A stretch of DNA of 64,000 nt from Candidatus Aenigmatarchaeota archaeon. Its GTDB lineage: Archaea; Aenigmatarchaeota; Aenigmatarchaeia; Aenigmatarchaeales; Aenigmatarchaeaceae. Made by a program: the position numbers and the translations under genes. The notes under the pieces are model-generated. The model made no database searches and was not told the origin of the DNA. It saw only the letters and a list, made by a program, of their open reading frames with translations. The stretch is taken from NCBI GenBank assembly GCA_043802485.1, contig JAZDKZ010000004.1:24157-88156 (forward strand), in the 5' to 3' direction. Below, piece after piece: positions 50,315 to 58,240 of the stretch. The first letter of the stretch is position 1. Each line of letters begins with the position of its first letter.

Positions 50315-50770
50315 TTATTTCTTCTCCAGCCTTGTAAGGCTTTTCATTTTGGGATACATCCTTTTAAGGAACTTCACGACCTTTTCCGCGTAGACCCTGT
50401 CAAGTATGGTCCCGTAGTAGAGCATGCCGTTCCTAAAGTATCTCAGCTGGTCGGCAAACTGTACGTCCTTCTCGTCAAATTCAAGAACCCTCATGTAGGA
50501 CACCTCTGCCTCGTGAGCGCCCTGGCCAGAAGCGTTATAGCCTTCCAGGAGCATCTTGGCCCGCAGCATCTCCATGACTATGTCGTAGCACATCTTCACG
50601 AACAGGTTGGCATTGGAGTCATCAAGTTTAATCTTGACCAGCATCCTGAGAAGGCTTTTGTAGCTGTTCTCGGATTCCTTCAGCAGGAAATCTGCCCTTG
50701 ACTTGTCCCTGCTCTGCTTCTTGACAACACCCTCTTTTATAAATCCTTCGAATTTTCTTATTGCCCTCAT
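50315..50770 (-). CDS. HEPN-like protein (toxin partner of MNT)
   Basis: Helical; AHEA and LRYFRNGMLYYG; coupled to MNT gene. Confidence 0.75.
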   Translation of the reverse strand: MRAIRKFEGFIKEGVVKKQSRDKSRADFLLKESENSYKSLLRMLVKIKLDDSNANLFVKMCYDIVMEMLRAKMLLEGYNASGQGAHEAEVSYMRVLEFDEKDVQFADQLRYFRNGMLYYGTILDRVYAEKVVKFLKRMYPKMKSLTRLEKK

Positions 50771-51309
50771 AGCTCGACACCGCCTGATATCACTATGCCG
50801 TTGCACAGATTCTCCCTCAGGTTCTTGTGCACAGACCGGAGCGAATCATAAAAGTTCAGGTTTATTTTTCTTTCCAGCGCCCTTTCATAAGCAGCGAGAT
50901 CGGTTTTCTTGCCTTTTCTGCCGATTACTGCTACATCCACGTCCGAGTTCATCGTGTCCTCCCCTCTCGAGTAGCTCCCAAACAGTATGAGGGTAGCTCC
51001 TGCAAATTCCCTTTCCAAAAAGTCCGCAAGGCCTGTCTCGTATATCAGCATGAGATTGTCCGCGCGTTTCATCTGCATCGCCCTGTGGTCGTCTCTGTTG
51101 AGCTCGACAGACCACCTCTTGGTCGTCTTGTCCTGGCTTGACCTGACCATGCCTTCCATTCCCGGAAGCGACTTCATCACAGCCGGCTGGGAAACGCCCA
51201 GCAGGTTTGCAATCTGCCTTTGGTTGAGAGACGTTCCTGCCTTGACAAAGAGCAGCCTCAATATTTTCTGCTGCAGCACTGTCAGCCTGATTTTGTATAT
51301 ATTAACCAT
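50767..51309 (-). CDS. HTH-fused minimal nucleotidyltransferase (MNT antitoxin)
   Basis: LNQRQIANLLGVSQPAV HTH; LFGSYSRGED...SDVDVAV. Confidence 0.88.
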   Translation of the reverse strand: MVNIYKIRLTVLQQKILRLLFVKAGTSLNQRQIANLLGVSQPAVMKSLPGMEGMVRSSQDKTTKRWSVELNRDDHRAMQMKRADNLMLIYETGLADFLEREFAGATLILFGSYSRGEDTMNSDVDVAVIGRKGKKTDLAAYERALERKINLNFYDSLRSVHKNLRENLCNGIVISGGVEL

Positions 51310-51394
51310 AGTTTATATGTATTAACTTAAGTTTATATATGTTTCTACTTGACTAATTGCGCCATAGAAATATTATAGTTTTGTCACTTCTTCT

Positions 51395-51486
51395 GGTGGT
51401 AAATTTTTATTAGTGGCTCCTCAATTCTTTAGTATGGTATCCCTAACCTTCTACGGCGGCGTTTGGAAATCTGTTTAAATTGTTTT
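51395..51486 (+). repeat. Gene-start repeat R5 with upstream promoter and downstream TATA
   Basis: GGTGGTAAATTTTTATT...TCAATTCTTTAGTATGGTATCCCTAACCTTCTACGGCGGCGTTTGGAAATC. Confidence 0.95.
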
Positions 51487-51504
51487 GTTTTAAATATCTA
51501 ATTT

Positions 51505-51753
51505 ATGAAAGATGGCAAGAAAATGAGTTATAATGATGTTTTAGGGGCTTATGTTGGCAAAAAGGTAACTTTTCGTTTTATGGCGATGAATCTCCAAAAC
51601 ACCCACTCTATGGAAAAAATAGAGGGCCGTCTTTCCAAAGGACCTGTCTATTACACCGTACATGGGGAAAGAGCGGTGATGATGCTTGTTCCCGGCGCCT
51701 CAGGAGAGATAGAAGCAGGGGGCCAAAAATACGATCTTAGAGATTTGGTTTAA
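51505..51753 (+). CDS. Hypothetical protein
   Basis: 82 aa immediately after R5 TATA. Confidence 0.6.
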   Translation: MKDGKKMSYNDVLGAYVGKKVTFRFMAMNLQNTHSMEKIEGRLSKGPVYYTVHGERAVMMLVPGASGEIEAGGQKYDLRDLV

Positions 51754-51901
51754 ACGCGGGGTTTTTATCCTTAAGTTTCCCATGGTTTGAATCGGTTGAT
51801 TCTTGGGCTGATAAGATTGATTGTTTAGAATGGGGATTGTTGGAGCGTTGGTGGCTACTATAAGAATAAAAAGTTTTTTGTACCATTAAATAGTGAGATA
51901 A

Positions 51902-52624
51902 ATGGCCAATGAAAAGAATTTTCAGCCAACGTCTGAAGAGATAGAAAGGTCTTTCAAAGCTCTAGGCAAAGCACTTGACAACAAGACGCCTTTGGAAAAG
52001 TTTTTTTCAGGCTATAAAAGCATAGGGCTTCCTTTTAATTACGGCGACAAGAGTGTCATAACAAGTGTATATGAGATGGGAAGGGGTGTGACAATAGTAA
52101 GAGAAAGGCACATGGCAAGTGGTATGAATCATAGGATGATAAGAAGTGGCAGAAACCCAGAATATAGCAACGAACCATTTTCATGGGATATTTCTAATTA
52201 TTATGTGTTAAATGGAAACAAGTTAGTGATTGATGAAGAAGAGGTCAAGCAAATATTAAAAGACTCGACAGCTATAGACATGCCTGTCATTGAAGTTAGG
52301 AACGAACCCAGGCCGAACACATTGCACAGAAACTTTAATCCCGGGATGATAGTCACCAAAGTAACAGTAGATGAAAAGAATAGTTATAATCCAAGCTATG
52401 ATGAGTTTCATAAAGAAGAAAGGTATATGAGAAGCGAAATAAAATCCAAAGTCAGAAAAACGATCGAAGATGGCAGAAGCACTGGATTTATTGATGTTGA
52501 AAGGGAAGAAAAGCTTTCAAAAGTAACCGAAATTATGTATCCTGGTATGTTCAAAGAGATTTTAGATGAAATGAAACCGGACGAGGACATAACGCATCCT
52601 TTCCGCTCTGTTTTTGGATTTTAA
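51902..52624 (+). CDS. Hypothetical protein
   Basis: 240 aa ORF. Confidence 0.7.
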   Translation: MANEKNFQPTSEEIERSFKALGKALDNKTPLEKFFSGYKSIGLPFNYGDKSVITSVYEMGRGVTIVRERHMASGMNHRMIRSGRNPEYSNEPFSWDISNYYVLNGNKLVIDEEEVKQILKDSTAIDMPVIEVRNEPRPNTLHRNFNPGMIVTKVTVDEKNSYNPSYDEFHKEERYMRSEIKSKVRKTIEDGRSTGFIDVEREEKLSKVTEIMYPGMFKEILDEMKPDEDITHPFRSVFGF

Positions 52625-52643
52625 TTTTTTCTGAACTCATCTA

Positions 52644-52720
52644 GTGGTGAATTTTTATTGCGGTGTTATCAATTCTTTACTATGGTTTCATTAACCTTCT
52701 ACGGCGGTGTCAAGGAGATT
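52644..52720 (+). repeat. Gene-start repeat R6 with full promoter
   Basis: GTGGTGAATTTTTATTGCGGTGTTATCAATTCTTTACTATGGTTTCATTAACCTTCTACGGCGGTGTCAAGGAGATT; MVSLTFYGGVKEI with 5 synonymous changes. Confidence 0.96.
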
Positions 52721-52781
52721 TCGTTAGGTTACTACCGTAAGAATATGGAACGTATTTAAGTCAAATTTTTCCAATTAGATT

Positions 52782-53093
52782 ATGAAACTTTTATTGTCGG
52801 GGTTGTTGACAATGTTTCTGATATCAGGCTGCGTCACGATTCCTAAGAGTTGTCCGATTCTAAACCCTTCATACTGCGAGGTCGACTCGGACTGCATGTG
52901 CTCCACAACACCATGCTTCCTAGGCAACAAGGAGTATTTTGAGAAATGTGTACCTGACAAGTCTGTTCTTGGGTCTTGCCTCGACGCTTGCGGATTTGGA
53001 CCATATGGAATGGAATTCAGATACATCTGTGAAGACAGCCAATGTATAATTGCAACGTTTAACATGACGAATGGTCAGAGAATAAAGTCTTAA
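52782..53093 (+). CDS. Small Cys-rich secreted/lipoprotein
   Basis: ISGC lipobox-like, CEVDSDC, further Cys. Confidence 0.7.
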   Translation: MKLLLSGLLTMFLISGCVTIPKSCPILNPSYCEVDSDCMCSTTPCFLGNKEYFEKCVPDKSVLGSCLDACGFGPYGMEFRYICEDSQCIIATFNMTNGQRIKS

Positions 53094-53096
53094 ATC

Positions 53097-53141
53097 CTGA
53101 CCTTCTACGGCGGCGTCAAGGAAATCTGTTTAAATTGTTTC
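53097..53141 (+). repeat. Gene-start repeat R7 (5'-truncated) plus TATA
   Basis: CTGACCTTCTACGGCGGCGTCAAGGAAATCTGTTTAAATTGTTTT. Confidence 0.94.
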
Positions 53142-53158
53142 TTGTCGATAATCTTAGT

Positions 53159-53671
53159 ATGAGCATGAAAGTCTTGAAATATGTGCGCAAGGAAGGCGGC
53201 CTTGCAAGAGTAAAGGAAGTCAAGAATAGGTCAGGCCGCAATTCTAGAGTATTGAATGAGCTTAAGAGTGACAAGCTGATAAAGCCCATGCGCAGGAGGC
53301 CGTACATGCCCAAAGGCCAGTATGTCGTTATGACTGACGGTGGGTGGGACGCTGCAGAGGAAAAAAGCAGGCCTGGCTCTGCTGTCAAACCGAACAAGTA
53401 CATGCTAAAGATACTGAGCATATACGACAGGAACAAGGACAACACAAGGTTCCGCGTCAAGCTCAACGGAAAGAGCATAAAGGTCACCAGGGAAGAGCAA
53501 GCTTCTCTTGAAGACACGAACTATGTGTTCTCTACCAGAGGCGTATGGAACAAAAACAAGCGCGAGGATCTCACAGAAAAGCAAACTGAAAGCTTTGATG
53601 AAGCAGTAAATTACATGGCCCGCGTGTCCGGAATAGGCAAAGGCAAATACACCACTAAAACCGGGCTGTAG
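53159..53671 (+). CDS. Basic hypothetical protein
   Basis: ATG 29 bp after R7 TATA. Confidence 0.65.
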   Translation: MSMKVLKYVRKEGGLARVKEVKNRSGRNSRVLNELKSDKLIKPMRRRPYMPKGQYVVMTDGGWDAAEEKSRPGSAVKPNKYMLKILSIYDRNKDNTRFRVKLNGKSIKVTREEQASLEDTNYVFSTRGVWNKNKREDLTEKQTESFDEAVNYMARVSGIGKGKYTTKTGL

Positions 53672-53703
53672 TGTTTTTATTCTAGCTTTTTCATATTGAA
53701 ATT

Positions 53704-54288
53704 ATGAAAACTCTAATCCTAATTTTTATCCTAATGGCCTTTGGGATATTTACAGGAGTAATTTCAGACTTTTTTGTTCATGAAATGGGTCACTATACCT
53801 TTGCCTCGATTATCAACAGCTCTGCCATAGAGGGCGTGCGCTTCTACCCGGAAAGCCTGCTGGCAAGCCCCATTGAAAACAAGATACAGACGTTTGCCAG
53901 GGTGAGCTACAAATCATCCATACTCGAATCGTTTGGCTTTCATGGCGGTTTGCTTGTAACCGTCGCTGGCTTCTTGTTCGAGGTTATATTTCTAGTCTCG
54001 CTTGTAGCCCTGGTCAAAAAGCAAAGGCATGGGAGAAGAGGCCTGACAGCCTTCCTGCTAGGGGCATTGCTGGGCGCGTTGATGGGCATAAGCGCCAGCT
54101 GGATCAACGACTTTATCTTTATCTTCTATACCCTGTCTGAAAACACGCTTGTGACTGGGGCAATGATAATTGCGATGCTGCTCACTATGATTTACCTGTC
54201 CGTGCACATCTTCCTCAAGGCCTCGTCCAAATTCTTTGGCGGATTGCTTCCAAGGCGCTTTAGGCGGCGCTCCTCACCCCGACGCTGA
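53704..54288 (+). CDS. M50-like membrane metallopeptidase
   Basis: VHEMGH in TM context, VAGF, ND motif. Confidence 0.7.
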   Translation: MKTLILIFILMAFGIFTGVISDFFVHEMGHYTFASIINSSAIEGVRFYPESLLASPIENKIQTFARVSYKSSILESFGFHGGLLVTVAGFLFEVIFLVSLVALVKKQRHGRRGLTAFLLGALLGALMGISASWINDFIFIFYTLSENTLVTGAMIIAMLLTMIYLSVHIFLKASSKFFGGLLPRRFRRRSSPRR

Positions 54289-54328
54289 CAGAAGTACGGT
54301 TGTTGACCGCACAAACAAATTTTATTTC

Positions 54329-54382
54329 ACGGTCTTATTGACATTCTACGGCGGCGTTTAAAATTAGGATTTAAATTGTTTT
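54329..54382 (+). repeat. Gene-start repeat R8
   Basis: ACGGTCTTATTGACATTCTACGGCGGCGTTTAAAATTAGGATTTAAATTGTTTT. Confidence 0.92.
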
Positions 54383-54396
54383 CTGTTGATTGTTTA

Positions 54397-54666
54397 TTAA
54401 ACATAATCTTGGCCAAGATAGTCTATATGTATCCACACTCCGTTTAAGAATTGTATTTCTCCATCTTTTCTGTGTTTTTCTAAATGGTTAAGTATATCCC
54501 TTTTTTTATCAGATTTATCCTTTCCTCTTGCAGCCAGGCCAAAATTGAATTTATAATTATCAATAACATCGGCTGTTGTCATTCCATTCTCTTTTTGTTG
54601 ATAAATTATTTTAAGAACGTGTCTACTTAATTCTTCTCCGGAAATATGGCTGTCTGCTCGTCCCAT
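54397..54666 (-). CDS. Hypothetical wHTH-like protein, paralog of 49493-49897
   Basis: Start MGRADS; shared motif. Confidence 0.65.
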   Translation of the reverse strand: MGRADSHISGEELSRHVLKIIYQQKENGMTTADVIDNYKFNFGLAARGKDKSDKKRDILNHLEKHRKDGEIQFLNGVWIHIDYLGQDYV

Positions 54667-54732
54667 AAAACAATAAAGAATGCTAAAAAATTTAAGCTTA
54701 AATTTTAAAATTCCCAACTATTCTTTGGTAAT

Positions 54733-54921
54733 ATGGATAATCTTCGAAGAAGAATCGACCCGTGTACAAGCAAGCAGAAAGGCGAATGCGTAATTTTCGG
54801 CGTTGACGGCAACTGCAACAACTGTGACATATACCAATCAAGATTATGGTCAAAAGTGATTGGGTCATTAAGTCCTTACAAATCCGCCAATGAAACTGTG
54901 ATAGAAGGATTGGTTGTTTAG
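54733..54921 (+). CDS. Small Cys-containing protein
   Basis: 62 aa, C..C..CNNC. Confidence 0.5.
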   Translation: MDNLRRRIDPCTSKQKGECVIFGVDGNCNNCDIYQSRLWSKVIGSLSPYKSANETVIEGLVV

Positions 54922-54930
54922 TCCCTTCAT

Positions 54931-54973
54931 TTAACCTTCTACGGCGGCGTTTGGAAATCTGTTTAAATTGTTT
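54931..54973 (+). repeat. Gene-start repeat R9 (5'-truncated) plus TATA
   Basis: 42 nt (54932-54973) identical to R5 51444-51485. Confidence 0.94.
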
Positions 54974-54990
54974 ATTTTCTAATAAAGAAT

Positions 54991-55551
54991 ATGTTTTCAC
55001 TAAATCCATCATTCAGAATAGTCCGCTATAGTCCTATAACTGCAGCTTTTGGTAGTGTGAAGTATCAATTTGATGGTCCGTTTAGTCTCGGGAATTTAAC
55101 CCAAGAAGTAGGAGAGGTTGTAGAAAGCATAGGATATTCTTTAAAGAGGGCTTATGATGTGAAAACAACAATCGAACAACCCAAGATAAACATCTTGTCT
55201 ACTAGAGTAACTCCAATAAGTTCTGAACTTAACAAAAGGGAATTTGATTTAGACCTAAGATATGTCGGCAACCAAGGATTGATGGAAAGGATTAAGACAG
55301 TCTGTACGAAGATGTTTTTGGAGAAAAAGGATAATGCCATATTGACTCGAAACGACAAAAGGGGGTTTTATTTTTTCCACAACCTGAAGGAAAGTTTTGA
55401 TCCCGTATCAACTGGAAACCTGCTGAAAGCAACAGAGTCAATTTTACTTAAAGATGCGGGGCAGAGACTAGAAACTGTCAAATCAGAAATACAGCCCGAT
55501 TATCTAGAAGTTGACATTGAGATAAGGGAATTTAAAAATTACATAGTATGA
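54991..55551 (+). CDS. Hypothetical protein
   Basis: 186 aa, ATG 28 bp after R9 TATA. Confidence 0.65.
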   Translation: MFSLNPSFRIVRYSPITAAFGSVKYQFDGPFSLGNLTQEVGEVVESIGYSLKRAYDVKTTIEQPKINILSTRVTPISSELNKREFDLDLRYVGNQGLMERIKTVCTKMFLEKKDNAILTRNDKRGFYFFHNLKESFDPVSTGNLLKATESILLKDAGQRLETVKSEIQPDYLEVDIEIREFKNYIV

Positions 55552-55628
55552 AATGCTCTTTGATTCAGCACACTTTCTTCTTGCAGACTTTTAAGAATAA
55601 ATAAAATTGGAGCGTTGGTGGATGCTGC

Positions 55629-56294
55629 TTAAACGTTCAATTTTCTTATTATAACAGGCACATGTCTCAAGTCGTTTACAACATAATCTGCGGCATGTCT
55701 CACTTTTTCTGAACCAGGACGGTATGCTATGCTGTGTTCTGCTATTTCAAAGGATTCCAGCTCGTTCTCATGGTCGCCAATCATCACAACGCCTTTGTAT
55801 ACCCCGTTATCGTCGGGCTTTATGCCGAACCTGCTGCATACATCAATCATATTCTGCTTCTTGTCCCACAGAGGAACATTGTTTTTTCCTTTTCCTGTAT
55901 AGTAACCGTTCTCATGAAGCAGGTCGTTGCACTCGCAAAATTTCATATCCAATTCATCTGCTATGTGCCTTGCCGGCGGGTTTGTTCCTGCCGTAATCAG
56001 ACCTACAATCAAACCCATTTCGTTTAGCTCGTGCACAGCCTCCCTTGCGCCGTCCGAGTAGACGGGGGGCAGTACTTTAGTTTCCACTGCTTCAACTGAA
56101 ACGCCTTTCAGAAGGGCACATTCCTTGTCAAACCATTCGTTGTAAAGATGCGGTCTGGGAAGGTAGTATTCGAGCAGTTCTTTGGCCTCATCAAGCATGC
56201 CGGCTGCATAGAGAACAGCGTCCCAGCTGGAACCGTACTTTCCATGGGGGTAGTTGATTGTTGTCCCGTCCATGTCAAAGAAAACCAAAGACAT
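55629..56294 (-). CDS. HAD phosphatase, phosphoserine-phosphatase-like
   Basis: FFDMDGT, SSW, ITAG, K, IGDHENE. Confidence 0.85.
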   Translation of the reverse strand: MSLVFFDMDGTTINYPHGKYGSSWDAVLYAAGMLDEAKELLEYYLPRPHLYNEWFDKECALLKGVSVEAVETKVLPPVYSDGAREAVHELNEMGLIVGLITAGTNPPARHIADELDMKFCECNDLLHENGYYTGKGKNNVPLWDKKQNMIDVCSRFGIKPDDNGVYKGVVMIGDHENELESFEIAEHSIAYRPGSEKVRHAADYVVNDLRHVPVIIRKLNV

Positions 56295-56336
56295 AGAAGA
56301 ATAATGCATCCTAAATCTTAAATTCTGATACTTGCT

Positions 56337-56386
56337 ATTCTTTACTATGGTATCTTTAACCTTCTACGGCGGCGTTTAAAGAGATA
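56337..56386 (+). repeat. Gene-start repeat R10
   Basis: ATGGTATCTTTAACCTTCTACGGCGGCGTT-T-AAAGAGATA (MVSLTFYGGV, +1 nt, KEI). Confidence 0.94.
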
Positions 56387-56441
56387 GATTAAATAACGGG
56401 ATTTTCTATAAGCATAAAAAGTTTTTGTTACAATTTTTAGC

Positions 56442-56654
56442 ATGGACAAAAGCGAAACTTTTCAAAAATACAGGAGCGAGGGCTTGAGAGCAGTATTAGA
56501 CTTGTGCCTTGAAATGGCCAGAGAAAAAGGTATTAAAGATGAGTCCGTTGCCTATGAAACTTTCAGGGAAACGGCAAAAAAATTCATTCCTGATGCTACC
56601 GAGAAGGATGTTGCTAGAACAATAGAGGAATACGAGAAGATGAAGAAAGGATAA
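56442..56654 (+). CDS. Hypothetical protein
   Basis: 70 aa. Confidence 0.6.
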   Translation: MDKSETFQKYRSEGLRAVLDLCLEMAREKGIKDESVAYETFRETAKKFIPDATEKDVARTIEEYEKMKKG

Positions 56655-56768
56655 ATCCTTGTTTTTCTATATTCTCCAAACCACATCTGGCAGAGGATAC
56701 TTCGCAACTTCTGTTTCAGAGCCGCCAAATCAATTTAATTATACAAGCGAATTTATCTTAAGGTTTCT

Positions 56769-56966
56769 ATGAAAAAGTCAAAAAACAGGCAAAAGGCCCT
56801 GTCGCTCTTCTCCAAGGAGGCCATGAAAAGGCTTAGGAAGGACAAGTTCAATGGACGCCTGATCGTCCTGTGGGAAAACGGAATGGTAAAGGACTTTAAC
56901 CTCAGGACGAACTTTAGGTTCTTTGTGGGCAAGGCTAGAGAGGACTTTTTCATGGAAGACTTGTGA
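56769..56966 (+). CDS. Small basic protein (micro-operon gene 1)
   Basis: 65 aa. Confidence 0.6.
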   Translation: MKKSKNRQKALSLFSKEAMKRLRKDKFNGRLIVLWENGMVKDFNLRTNFRFFVGKAREDFFMEDL

Positions 56967-56975
56967 GGTGGTAGT

Positions 56976-57077
56976 ATGCTTGCGCTTAAAAGAAAGGGTT
57001 TCACGGACATGCACACTTTGAACCTATCGGAAGAGTATGAACTGGACCCGAAAGACGCGAACGAGGTGGAGATGTGA
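56976..57077 (+). CDS. 33-aa protein (micro-operon gene 2)
   Basis: SD GAGGTG; MLALKRKGFTDMHTLNLSEEYELDPKDANEVEM. Confidence 0.5.
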   Translation: MLALKRKGFTDMHTLNLSEEYELDPKDANEVEM

Positions 57078-57193
57078 CCATTAAGAAGAAGGTGAGGTTC
57101 ATAAGAAAACAGGTGCTGGACGAGATTTACAAGTACAAGGAAATCGAGAAGAGGAATCTGAAGGACGGATTAGCAAACAGAGGGTTCGGATGA
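57074..57193 (+). CDS. 39-aa protein (micro-operon gene 3)
   Basis: SD GAGGTG, GTGA overlap; MTIKKKVRFIRKQVLDEIYKYKE... Confidence 0.5.
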   Translation: MTIKKKVRFIRKQVLDEIYKYKEIEKRNLKDGLANRGFG

Positions 57194-57402
57194 ACAGGAA
57201 AATGAAATTTCTAAGATATTTGGTAGAAAGGAGAGAGATGTTCGTTCCATTGGACAACATTCCTGGTGGGAACATAGAGACAGCGGAAGCTCTGCTGCGA
57301 GAGGGAATGATAGGAGTGGAGAGACTGGAGAAGTGTATTAATTGCGTGCTATTGATAAGGGGGCACGAACTCATAGAAAGCGCCAAGAAAAAAGAGAATT
57401 GA
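57190..57402 (+). CDS. Small wHTH-like protein (micro-operon gene 4)
   Basis: ATGA overlap, 70 aa. Confidence 0.55.
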   Translation: MNRKMKFLRYLVERREMFVPLDNIPGGNIETAEALLREGMIGVERLEKCINCVLLIRGHELIESAKKKEN

Positions 57403-57451
57403 TTTTACTTCTAACGTCAGACTTTTATTCACGATTATATAAAATTCTAGT

Positions 57452-57490
57452 ATGGTCTCACTCACATTCTACGGCGGCGTTCGAGAAATT
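57452..57490 (+). repeat. Gene-start repeat R11
   Basis: ATGGTCTCACTCACATTCTACGGCGGCGTTCGAGAAATT (MVSLTFYGGVREI). Confidence 0.94.
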
Positions 57491-57509
57491 GTCTCAAGAA
57501 ATTAAATAC

Positions 57510-57833
57510 TCAAAGCGAGGGCACCATCAAAGGTATCTCCGTCTGCTCCCTGTTCGCAAACTTTAGCAGAATAACTATCAGAACAATCTCCTTTCCTGGC
57601 CTCAGGCGTATCTCCGCGTTCTTTATGCTCTTCAGAAGCTTTTTGGTGATCCTTTTCTTGTAGAGCTTTCTGAGCATCTTCGAGACGTCCATTATCTCTA
57701 TGCCGACAATGTTGCCATCGAAAGAATAGTCTATCACAAAGTCGTCCATCTGCATGCTGTCTTTGACCTTCCCGTCCTTGTACAGGAACAGTATGTCGTT
57801 CTCATAGTCATAGTCTATCTTTGCTTCAGCCAT
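57510..57833 (-). CDS. DUF2283-like putative antitoxin
   Basis: IDYDYENDILFL...FVIDYSFDGNIVGIEI. Confidence 0.85.
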   Translation of the reverse strand: MAEAKIDYDYENDILFLYKDGKVKDSMQMDDFVIDYSFDGNIVGIEIMDVSKMLRKLYKKRITKKLLKSIKNAEIRLRPGKEIVLIVILLKFANREQTEIPLMVPSL

Positions 57834-58159
57834 TTTTCATACACCTTCCTTCTCCTTTTGTTCTGGATGTGCGCCGTTACAATATTTATTTTGTCCTTCT
57901 TTATTGATATTATTATCCTCATGTCGTATCTGGACGATTTCTGTAAAAGCATCAGGTATTTGTGGCCCTTTGGCTCAAGGCCCTGGTCCTCAATCAAGAT
58001 TATTGAATCAACGTCTTTTATAGCCTTTAATATCTCGCCTTCATCTATATTTCTTTTTTCCGCCTTGACGCGATAATGGCTGCTAAAATTTATGCTGCCC
58101 CTGGTTATCCTTCTGCTTATTTTCATTGCGTCCTTGTCGCTCAACACGTCCTTCATCAA
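57815..58159 (-). CDS. DUF4258-like putative RNase toxin
   Basis: FSSHYRVKAEKRNI...INIVTAH; overlaps DUF2283 gene. Confidence 0.75.
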   Translation of the reverse strand: MMKDVLSDKDAMKISRRITRGSINFSSHYRVKAEKRNIDEGEILKAIKDVDSIILIEDQGLEPKGHKYLMLLQKSSRYDMRIIISIKKDKINIVTAHIQNKRRRKVYEKWLKQR

Positions 58160-58203
58160 AAGATATATGGTTTCCTGGAATTAAATTGCTGATTCACCCT
58201 TGG

Positions 58204-58240
58204 CGGTGAATTTTTATTGCAGTGTTATCAATTCTCTACT
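58204..58240 (+). promoter_or_regulatory. BRE/TATA promoter of beta-CASP gene (probably leaderless)
   Basis: CGGTGAA-TTTTTATT 23-30 bp before ATG; also retained in R2, R5, R6. Confidence 0.7.

Noticed and set aside
58217..58240. TTG start extending the beta-CASP gene to 495 aa
   Set aside because: Lies within the TATA region; repeat copies and the motif position support ATG 58241
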